From the NCBI GenBank assembly GCA_025454795.1, contig JALONT010000007.1, positions 66,750-130,749 on the forward strand: a stretch of 64,000 nt of DNA. The letters are read 5' to 3'. The number at the start of each line of letters is the position of its first letter. Position 1 is the stretch's first letter. Of the stretch, positions 56,703-64,000 are shown piece by piece. Below the pieces are notes generated by a model, which worked only from the letters and a program-made list of their open reading frames with translations, had not been told where the DNA came from and did no database searches. This DNA is from Bacteroidales bacterium. GTDB taxonomy: Bacteria > Bacteroidota > Bacteroidia > Bacteroidales > VadinHA17. The position numbers and the translations under genes are program-made.

Positions 56703-58139
56703 TTACAAATCATTATCCACAGTTGATTCATCAAGAACATCTTCAACATCAGTTATTTCTTCCAAATCTGTAAGAGCTTCCTCCTCTTCAAATTCAGGTA
56801 TCTTAATGTCTCTTACATCAATTTTACCAGTGACTACATCAGCTACAATACGTGTACGATACTCTTTGAACAGGTCTACCTCAAATTCAATTTGTTTTAT
56901 TGTTATATCCAAAGCAGAAGTGACGTTCTTAAGATACTTAACCAATTCTTCTTGTTCATTTAATGACGGAAGAGGTAGGGAAATGCCATTCATCCCACCA
57001 AGACTTAAAGCTGGTTGTGCTGTTTCTCCTACTATAGATTTGAATGCATCTTTGTTTTTGGCAACCAATAAAGCAAAATGAATGAAATTATTATCACAAA
57101 TCTTCCTATTCACAGTTAGTTTTAAAGAGTTTCCAGAAACAACAGATTTCTTTTCAAGTTTAGGTAGTATTCCAGACATACCATAGTAAGCACCAATTTT
57201 TGCAATTATAATATCATCTTCTTGACATTCACTTCTTTTGATTGTCTCAAAGTGTTCTCTCGTTATAGTTTTGAATTCCTTAATCTTAAAATAACCTTTA
57301 GTAATAAACCCAGATTCAATCACATAAACATCTCCGTTTAAGACATAATGGACACTTTTAAGGCTGGACCCAAATGGTCCATCAACAAATGAATTATGTG
57401 AACTGGCTTTTAAATACTTGATCTTTCTAACTTCCCAACCATCAGGTACTCTACTGAGCCATCCCACCCCAGAGTCTTTGTATTTTGGATAAGGATTTCC
57501 CGTACGAATATCAATATTACCTGTAACTGCATCATTAATAATTACCTGCTTCTGCTCTTTCAGAAGCTCAATCAAACGTCTCTTTGCTTTTATGAACTTA
57601 GCAATCTGTGTGGTCTTCCAGTCGAGGTAACGGGCAATATGCTTTTGGTCTAATAATGAAGGTACAGGAAGCTTAGTTCTTCTTAGTATTTCATAGTCAA
57701 TGTTTTGACCTTCTCTAATGCCGGTAACACAGGTCGTCAATAATTTTATAAAAGGTTTTGATTTAGCAAGATGTTTAAAATACCCTCCATCTATTTTATT
57801 GGATGGTATCAGTATAGTATATGCCGGACTAATGATGCCTCTGTAATAAGCTTTTTCAATTCCCCCCTGAAATGATCTAAGGCTTATAACAAAATCCCCT
57901 GGTTCAACAAGTTTGAGTAAGTGTAGGTCTTTTTGTGCTATAACTGTTCTGGTCCCATATAAAGTCTTTGGCACGACTCCCAGGGTTTGAGTAGCAGCAA
58001 GCAACGGTTCATCTTGGTAACCTTTTTCCACTCGTTCTTTAAAAAGGTATTTGGTCTTTAACATTTCCCAATCAGAAGGGTAATTGCTGATCCAAGGTGT
58101 TCCAGATTCAAAATATTTTGGATATGGTTTAAGATTCAT
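56703..58139 (-). CDS. hsdS: Type I RM specificity subunit S
   Basis: Two TRDs with repeated YPKY.(E/D)SG..W...P..WE and P.PSL..Q..I..YL conserved regions; DAVTG/DVVTGKID. Start at ATG 58139. Confidence 0.92.
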   Translation of the reverse strand: MNLKPYPKYFESGTPWISNYPSDWEMLKTKYLFKERVEKGYQDEPLLAATQTLGVVPKTLYGTRTVIAQKDLHLLKLVEPGDFVISLRSFQGGIEKAYYRGIISPAYTILIPSNKIDGGYFKHLAKSKPFIKLLTTCVTGIREGQNIDYEILRRTKLPVPSLLDQKHIARYLDWKTTQIAKFIKAKRRLIELLKEQKQVIINDAVTGNIDIRTGNPYPKYKDSGVGWLSRVPDGWEVRKIKYLKASSHNSFVDGPFGSSLKSVHYVLNGDVYVIESGFITKGYFKIKEFKTITREHFETIKRSECQEDDIIIAKIGAYYGMSGILPKLEKKSVVSGNSLKLTVNRKICDNNFIHFALLVAKNKDAFKSIVGETAQPALSLGGMNGISLPLPSLNEQEELVKYLKNVTSALDITIKQIEFEVDLFKEYRTRIVADVVTGKIDVRDIKIPEFEEEEALTDLEEITDVEDVLDESTVDNDL

Positions 58140-58140
58140 T

Positions 58141-59937
58141 TTATAACAGATCAAAATATTCCTTAATCCTGGCTGCCATCAGGGACCTTCGCTGAGTCAG
58201 AAAATCATCAAAATCAGGGATCTTGTTGTCAATCATGGTTTCAGGGATTGCATTTCGCCGCAGATTTTCTCTTAACTGGGCATGCTGTGTAATTCCTCCA
58301 TATTTAACTTCCCCACCATTACATTGTCCTCCTAATTCATTAAAGTATATTTCAGGAGATTTGTCTCCGATAGCAATATTTATCTCACTCTGAGTAAGCA
58401 CAAAATTTGCTATTTGGTTATATTTACCCCTGTGAAGTCCTTTCTTCTTAAGATAATTCTTTGGAAAGATATGATGCACATCCAGCCTGTTCAGTACAAG
58501 ATCGCGTACAGTAATATCTCTCGAAAGGAAACCCTTATCATCAAGTTTCACCTGTGCTGCCTTATAGGTTAAAAAGTACGGACTTATTGCAGAGGATGTC
58601 TCCATCTGTTGCGGGAGAAGAGTTGTCCAGAATCCCTCAGATAGTTGTGCTCCAATAACAGCATTAATATAGTTTTCAAGTCCCTGTGCATCAATCTGCC
58701 GGATATCCAGGTCAAATGCAGTCTCTGGATTACCAGAGTATCTGCCAGTGATCATGCTCATAACATACCACCTTCGAACCAGCCGCTCTATTTTATCAGG
58801 ATGGAGGCTTTCATTTCTTCCCATTAAATAAAGAATGTAAGCAAAGTTTACTGCATTCTGACCACCAATAAGATCACTGGTAATAAAACCGGCTGATCTC
58901 AATATCATTACAAACCTTTCAAAATGAGTCTGATTCATAAACTGCAGTATCCCCGTCTTAAGCTTTGAAAAGGATTCCCTGGCTATTTCGTCCTCGTACT
59001 GTTTAGTCTCAAAGTTCCTCCCTGAGAGCAGTGCAACCAGATCCTGCAGTTTACCACGTCTGAATTCCGAGGTAAAAGCCACCCTTAACATATCGGTGTA
59101 GGATGGATCATAGATGTCATCATTTACATCTTTTACCCAGGACATTTTAGCAAAGAAATCAGATTGGGCAAATTGTTTATCTCCCTCCTTTATTTTTAAG
59201 TAAAACTCAGGGGCAACAGCTAAGTGGCAAAAATAGTCAATAGCCTTTCTAAGCATATTTCCACCATAGGTCTCATTAGCTGCAATCTTTGACATCGCAA
59301 AGTCAGCCTGAGAGAGTTCAGCTCCTGCGGAATTAACCCTTATAAATATCTCGGTTACTGTTTCTATGTCAAGATCTTCGGCAAGATCAATTATTCCAAC
59401 ATGATTATTGACAATTTTCCGGAGGTTTTCCAGCACTTTTGAAACAGGTCTTATGTCAATATCCGGATTCCTTTTCGCATAATCATCTGTAAGATCTATA
59501 ATGCTTGATTCAGGTGAAAAAACTTCGGCAATATCATATATCCAGATACTGTTTTTCTGGATAGCCGGGTTTGCAACCTCAAATTTTTCTTCGAGTGGAT
59601 TGAAAGCAATTCTTATCCGGACTGTTTCATAGTCTTTTGTAAGTACCTGACGACCCAGCAAAGATGCCATCAGAGCTGTTACTCTTTGCTGACCATCGAT
59701 CAATATCTTTTTCCCGGCTGACAGGGACCCATCTTTAAGCTTAACAGTAGGATTTCTCCAAACAATAAGGTAACCTATAGGATAACCCTGATATAATGAG
59801 TCAAGTAGGTTTCTCACCTTCGTCGCATCCCAAACGAATGGTCTTTGAATTTCAGGAATTGCTATTTCACCCGATTTAACCCAGGTAAGGAGTGTTTCAA
59901 TAGGGTGAGGTGTCACAGAATATCTCTGGGTACTCAT
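58141..59937 (-). CDS. DUF262 (ParB/Srx-like) plus C-terminal HNH-like nuclease, GmrSD family
   Basis: [34 protein letters not shown]-terminal [13 protein letters not shown]. Confidence 0.85.
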   Translation of the reverse strand: MSTQRYSVTPHPIETLLTWVKSGEIAIPEIQRPFVWDATKVRNLLDSLYQGYPIGYLIVWRNPTVKLKDGSLSAGKKILIDGQQRVTALMASLLGRQVLTKDYETVRIRIAFNPLEEKFEVANPAIQKNSIWIYDIAEVFSPESSIIDLTDDYAKRNPDIDIRPVSKVLENLRKIVNNHVGIIDLAEDLDIETVTEIFIRVNSAGAELSQADFAMSKIAANETYGGNMLRKAIDYFCHLAVAPEFYLKIKEGDKQFAQSDFFAKMSWVKDVNDDIYDPSYTDMLRVAFTSEFRRGKLQDLVALLSGRNFETKQYEDEIARESFSKLKTGILQFMNQTHFERFVMILRSAGFITSDLIGGQNAVNFAYILYLMGRNESLHPDKIERLVRRWYVMSMITGRYSGNPETAFDLDIRQIDAQGLENYINAVIGAQLSEGFWTTLLPQQMETSSAISPYFLTYKAAQVKLDDKGFLSRDITVRDLVLNRLDVHHIFPKNYLKKKGLHRGKYNQIANFVLTQSEINIAIGDKSPEIYFNELGGQCNGGEVKYGGITQHAQLRENLRRNAIPETMIDNKIPDFDDFLTQRRSLMAARIKEYFDLL

Positions 59938-59940
59938 GTT

Positions 59941-61902
59941 TTAATCCTTTATTATTTCTTTTAGAAGACCGTCTGTTTCAGCTTCGATCTTTTTGATGTC
60001 AGCTACAATCTCTTCAAGTGTTCTCATCTGAACCGGCTTATAGAAGTATTTTGTAAAGGACACTTCGTAACCGGTCTGTGTTTTGGAGTCATCTATCCAT
60101 GCTCCGGGAGCATACGGAAGCACTTCGCGCACAAAGAAAGCTTCAATACCACCATCTTCAAGAAGGGGTATTTGTTCCGTATCGCGCAGGCTGGTATCGG
60201 GTTCATATTCAACCAATACCTTTTTACCGGCAATGATCCTCTCAAAGAGACCGTGTAAAGGATCAGGAGTCCCCTGCTTGTGGATTTTCTTAATAACCGG
60301 TATCCCGTTTTCATCGATTTTCCCGGCAGCGATCATCTCTTTAATTTCTTTGCTGGAATATGCCTTTTCAGGGTCAATATCTTTCAGTTTAAGGGGTCTT
60401 TCAGCGATTACTTTGGAATAGCCAAATGCCTCATTCGGGAATATTTTTGATTCCTCAGTCTCAGCCGGATTGATAATAAGTTCAGTGATTTTATTAATCT
60501 GTTCCTCAGAGAATTCGCAATTCTTCTTCCCAAGGTTCTTCCGGAGAGGAACATACATTTTACTGGCATCAACAAGCTGCACTTTCCTTTTCCTCTCAGG
60601 AGACTTTCGGTTTGATAGCAACCAGATGTAAGTGGAAATCCCTGTATTGTAGAACATGTTTTCCGGCAATGCTACTATTGCTTCAAGCCAGTCATTCTCA
60701 ATGATCCATCTGCGGATGTTTGATTCCCCCTGTCCGGCATCGCCTGTAAATAAGGAAGAACCATTGTGAACTTCAGCGATACGGCTTCCGAGAGCTGTAC
60801 TGTTCTTCATCTTGGCAAGCTTGTTCACAAGGAAGAGCATTTGCCCATCACTGGACCGGGTAATCATTTTATATTCAGGATTCCCGGCATATTGAATTAC
60901 AAAGCGGGGATCTGATATCTCTCCCTTGCCCCCCATACGATCCTGGTCTGTCTTCCAGCTTTTACCGTATGGTGGATTAGATAGCATAAAGTCGAATTCC
61001 TTCGATGGGAAAAAGTCAGATGAAAGTGTCGAGCCGAATTTCATATTCTCTGCCTCAGATCCTTCACCCTTTAACAACAGGTCGGCTTTAGTGATTGCAA
61101 ATGTTTCAGGATTGATCTCCTGACCATAGAGATGTATCGCAACCTCCTTATTCTGAGCCTTTGCCAGTTCCATGAGGGTTTGTTCAGCTACAGTAAGCAT
61201 ACCGCCTGTCCCACAAGCGCCATCGTACAATAAGTATGTTCCGGATTCAATTTTTTCTGCAACAGGAATAAAGACCATTTTAGCCATCAGCTTGATGACA
61301 TCACGTGGAGTGAAGTGTTCTCCAGCCTCCTCATTGTTCTCTTCGTTAAAGCGTCTTATCAGCTCCTCAAAGATCAGCCCCATTGAATGGTTATCGAGTG
61401 CCGGCATTCTGATATTGCCCTGAGTGTCATAAATAGGATTAGGGCTCAGGTTAATATCCGGATTAGCAAACTTTTCAATTACTGAGCCGAGAATGTCAGC
61501 CTCAGACATTTTGGGGATCTGATTACGGAACTGGAATTTCTCAAGGATCTCCTGAACATTCGGTGAGAATCCATCGAGATAGGACTCAAAATCTACCTTG
61601 AGCTTCTGTTGGGTGGTTCTGGACTTCAGGTCTCTCAATAAGAATGGGCTGGTATTGTAGAAAGCCTGTCCGGCTGTTTGGCAGAGTGCTGGGTTCATAT
61701 TGACAACCTTCTTTTTGTCGAGTTGATCCTTGAGTTTTAATACAGCAGCTTTTGTGGGTTCAAGGAGAGCGTCTATGCGCCTGATAACAATCATCGGTAG
61801 TATTACATCGCGGTATTTACCACGAACATATACATCACGAAGGCAATCGTCGGCTATACTCCAGATGAAGTTAACGATCATATTGTGTTGAGAAAGATCC
61901 AT
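59941..61902 (-). CDS. hsdM: Type I RM N6-adenine methyltransferase subunit M
   Basis: FIWSIAD..LR, EEAGEHFTPRDV, YDGACGTGGML, GQE, SNPPYG, MFYNTGI. Confidence 0.94.
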   Translation of the reverse strand: MDLSQHNMIVNFIWSIADDCLRDVYVRGKYRDVILPMIVIRRIDALLEPTKAAVLKLKDQLDKKKVVNMNPALCQTAGQAFYNTSPFLLRDLKSRTTQQKLKVDFESYLDGFSPNVQEILEKFQFRNQIPKMSEADILGSVIEKFANPDINLSPNPIYDTQGNIRMPALDNHSMGLIFEELIRRFNEENNEEAGEHFTPRDVIKLMAKMVFIPVAEKIESGTYLLYDGACGTGGMLTVAEQTLMELAKAQNKEVAIHLYGQEINPETFAITKADLLLKGEGSEAENMKFGSTLSSDFFPSKEFDFMLSNPPYGKSWKTDQDRMGGKGEISDPRFVIQYAGNPEYKMITRSSDGQMLFLVNKLAKMKNSTALGSRIAEVHNGSSLFTGDAGQGESNIRRWIIENDWLEAIVALPENMFYNTGISTYIWLLSNRKSPERKRKVQLVDASKMYVPLRKNLGKKNCEFSEEQINKITELIINPAETEESKIFPNEAFGYSKVIAERPLKLKDIDPEKAYSSKEIKEMIAAGKIDENGIPVIKKIHKQGTPDPLHGLFERIIAGKKVLVEYEPDTSLRDTEQIPLLEDGGIEAFFVREVLPYAPGAWIDDSKTQTGYEVSFTKYFYKPVQMRTLEEIVADIKKIEAETDGLLKEIIKD

Positions 61903-61929
61903 AAGAATGAAATTGAGGAGGGGGAGGAA

Positions 61930-62403
61930 TTATTTTACTTCTTCTTTATTTTCAAGAGACTTCAACATAGTTTTGAATTCCTGAATATTGACGAGAGGTA
62001 GATAGATATTTTGATAGTCAGTACCACCTGTAAGGGCAGCTAAAATACCTCTTGCAGATGAAAAACTGACGCTCATAAGAGTAATCATGAGATCATCTGG
62101 AATATCTACCTTGTGATCTTGCGACTCTTTAATTATTTCCTCATAATCTTTGAACAGGAAGTCACATTGAATTGTTGCACCGAAAAGTTTTATAGGTTCA
62201 TCTGTTTCAGCCCGACATAGGAAATCTGTTAGAACCCTGACAGTAAAGACTCCTTTAGCTGGATCAAATCCAAACTGAAATCCTTTGCGAACTCCGATTC
62301 GTTCTTTCTCAAGGTTTTTTACTGGCATACTATCAAGGGAGTTCAGATATGAAGTTAATTTCTTAATGCCCTGAAGGCTGTATTGCAATTGTTTTGTACT
62401 CAT
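61930..62403 (-). CDS. SecB-like chaperone (TAC chaperone)
   Basis: 157 aa with four predicted beta strands, then a helix with SFSSARGIL and LPLVN as in SecB-fold proteins; third gene of a TA operon. Confidence 0.7.
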   Translation of the reverse strand: MSTKQLQYSLQGIKKLTSYLNSLDSMPVKNLEKERIGVRKGFQFGFDPAKGVFTVRVLTDFLCRAETDEPIKLFGATIQCDFLFKDYEEIIKESQDHKVDIPDDLMITLMSVSFSSARGILAALTGGTDYQNIYLPLVNIQEFKTMLKSLENKEEVK

Positions 62404-62404
62404 T

Positions 62405-62866
62405 TCATGCTGCTTTTGATCCTGGGATTATTGTCTCTGTTATAGAGTAGCTTTCACCAATAGTTACAAAAGAATTCAGATCAATGTTATAATTGTTTGT
62501 TTTTACACCTGGCTTATAGCCAAGCATTTCATCCAACCTTTTGTGGGAAGTATCTGTTTGATTAAAGATGAGTGATACTGTGTTTAAACTGTCCTTAGAA
62601 ATAAACTCATTAACATCAACCAAATGGAAATCAGGGATTTTGTCAATGGCAAGGCAAAGTTTTACAAGAGTATCTATCCTGAAATTAAGATTAGCTCCGT
62701 TCAATATCTGTGAAACTCTTCCCTTTGATATACCAAGATTTTCAACGAAATGTTTGTTAGGAATATCATTGTTCTGAATATAATCAGCAAGGTCATTGTA
62801 AATCTTATTCTGAATTATTTCTGTCCAGTATTCACTGCTTTTTAAAAGGGCTTCCCTAGTTATCAT
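62405..62866 (-). CDS. HigA-like XRE HTH antitoxin with a C-terminal extension (putative ChAD) ending in -AA
   Basis: LGISKGRVSQILNG..NFRIDTLVKL HTH, followed by a low-structure tail of about 65 aa. Confidence 0.75.
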   Translation of the reverse strand: MITREALLKSSEYWTEIIQNKIYNDLADYIQNNDIPNKHFVENLGISKGRVSQILNGANLNFRIDTLVKLCLAIDKIPDFHLVDVNEFISKDSLNTVSLIFNQTDTSHKRLDEMLGYKPGVKTNNYNIDLNSFVTIGESYSITETIIPGSKAA

Positions 62867-62868
62867 TT

Positions 62869-63255
62869 CTAATTGTTTTTAATATATTCTACTTTTAATC
62901 TCCTGAGTCTGGCAATATCTTCCTTTTGATTGTTCTTGGATCCACCGAAAACTACAATATATCCTTTATCGTCTTTAAAGAGATAAATTCTTATAGCGTC
63001 TTTCTTAATTTCATAATCTTTTACCTTATCGGATGTTCTTCGTCCTTTTAGTTCTCTGAATTTCGTTCTTGGTAGAAATTTAAGGTTCGCAACAGAATCC
63101 ATAGTTGCATAAATTGTGTTTAGTGCCTTTTTTTCATCAGCATTCTCAAGAGCTTCACAGAATTCATTAAATTCGCATTTACCATCTATTTCCAGTTTAT
63201 AGAAATTGATTTTACCTTTTACTTGTTCTATCCTTATTAACGCAAATGTATGCAT
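62869..63255 (-). CDS. RelE/HigB-like toxin
   Basis: 128 aa, basic; KFRELKG...YEIK...IRIYLF...IVVFGG.K..QK.DI pattern; first gene of the operon, upstream of the HTH gene. Confidence 0.7.
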   Translation of the reverse strand: MHTFALIRIEQVKGKINFYKLEIDGKCEFNEFCEALENADEKKALNTIYATMDSVANLKFLPRTKFRELKGRRTSDKVKDYEIKKDAIRIYLFKDDKGYIVVFGGSKNNQKEDIARLRRLKVEYIKNN

Positions 63256-63258
63256 AAT

Positions 63259-63278
63259 AGTTTAGTTATAACTAAACT
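63259..63278. promoter_or_regulatory. Perfect 20-bp palindrome, putative antitoxin operator
   Basis: AGTTTAGTTATAACTAAACT, 3 bp upstream of the toxin ATG. Confidence 0.75.
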
Positions 63279-63580
63279 TTTGTTAAAATATTTTCAATCT
63301 TCTCTGATTAAACAGGGTAAGATAATTCCAATTCCCAAATTACACAGATGAAGATTGAAGCTAACTTTAATTGGGAATGTGATCTCATTGCAACCCTTTT
63401 ATCAAAATAATACCAAATATAAGTATAGTATTTTTATAAAGAATTCAATTATAAGATTATTCCAGCCTGTCGACAATCTCCTTTGGCTCTCTCAGCACAT
63501 ACTCCACTGGCTATGCAAATGTGGTGCAAATGGGTCAAGAAAAAAGGAGTTAAATTTCTCTAACCCCTTGACTTTCAGTG

Positions 63581-63653
63581 AGCGGGAAACGAGACTCGAA
63601 CTCGCGACTCTCAGCTTGGGAAGCTGATGCTCTACCAACTGAGCTATTCCCGC
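63581..63653 (-). tRNA. tRNA-Gly(CCC)
   Basis: GCGGGAA/TTCCCGC acceptor, anticodon loop TTCCCAA, GTTCGAG. Confidence 0.95.
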
Positions 63654-63661
63654 ATTTAAAA

Positions 63662-63715
63662 GACCCTCAGCCTGGGATCCGCCGGCTGGCGGACTACCAA
63701 CTGAGCTATTCCCGC
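63662..63715 (-). pseudogene. Truncated tRNA-Gly duplicate interrupted by a 16-nt palindrome
   Basis: 63694-63718 is identical to 63632-63656; 63662-63677 matches 63606-63621 at 14/16; TCCGCCGGCTGGCGGA lies between them. There is no T-arm. Confidence 0.8.
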
Positions 63716-63721
63716 ATTAAA

Positions 63722-63794
63722 TGATTTCGGATTGCGGATTATTGATTTCGGAATCCGGAAGCGAATTTAGTAATAAATCCGAAATCGACAATTC
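63722..63794. repeat. Degenerate opposed heptamer arrays (GATTTCG / CGAAATC) between the tRNAs
   Basis: gatttcg gattgcg gattt..gatttcg gaat ... aaatc cgaaatc gacaattc. Confidence 0.6.
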
Positions 63795-63812
63795 ACCTTC
63801 TGCAATCCCTCG

Positions 63813-63885
63813 AGCCTCCAATGGGACTCGAACCCACGACCTGCTCATTACGAATGAGCTGCTCTACCAGCTGAGCTAAGGAGGC
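63813..63885 (-). tRNA. tRNA-Thr(CGT)
   Basis: GCCTCCT/TGGAGGC acceptor, anticodon loop TTCGTAA, GTTCGAG; TATATTTG promoter at 63904-63897. Confidence 0.95.
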
Positions 63886-64000
63886 GTAAATCGCCGCAAA
63901 TATAAATAATTTCATTCCAATTTCCCCAGCCTCTGAAGCAAAGGCGGGTGCGAATAATGAAAAAATACGTATGCCGGATGGGGCATCAGGTTTGAAAGAT

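Noticed and set aside
56713-56721. Perfect DnaA box TTATCCACA
   Set aside because: It is a single copy inside the hsdS coding sequence and is expected by chance.
56703-58139. Phase-variable hsdS shufflon
   Set aside because: There is a single hsdS with no silent copies and no invertase; the internal repeats are the normal conserved regions.
63355-63627. 90-aa plus-strand ORF
   Set aside because: It runs antisense into tRNA-Gly and has no recognisable domain.

Overview
The window is chromosomal DNA from a Bacteroidota (Bacteroidales-like) bacterium. This is supported by TAnnTTTG -7 promoters, the rpmB-rpmG-DUF4295-ftsY-rimO synteny, and DUF4252/DUF2461 genes. It is mostly housekeeping: queA, rnpB, kdsA, rarA, pta-ackA-ptb-ptb-buk, pyrK-pyrD, a RelA-like enzyme, typA, gyrA, clpC, cinA and three tRNAs. 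Five things stand out. (1) A dinB-dnaE2 mutagenesis cassette lies opposite an HTH+S24 LexA-like repressor with two TGATTA-N5-TAATCA boxes. Its 5' leader carries a four-helix-bundle (IVP/Avd-like) gene bracketed by mutually complementary short-tandem-repeat arms. Gene-less and one-armed versions of such repeats occur at six other gene boundaries. (2) A defence island at tRNA-Gly has a RelE/HigB-like toxin, an HTH antitoxin with a C-terminal tail and a SecB-like chaperone (TAC), running straight into hsdM-DUF262-hsdS-hsdR. (3) An AT-rich spacer of about 630 bp holds six TTACAnnTGTAA-like boxes upstream of an XRE gene. (4) A nested palindromic array with a 137-bp period lies at 42.0-42.4 kb. (5) Small hairpin units are inserted into other repeats, into a tRNA pseudo-copy and possibly into rnpB. 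All calls are from motif recognition by eye; no searches were run.
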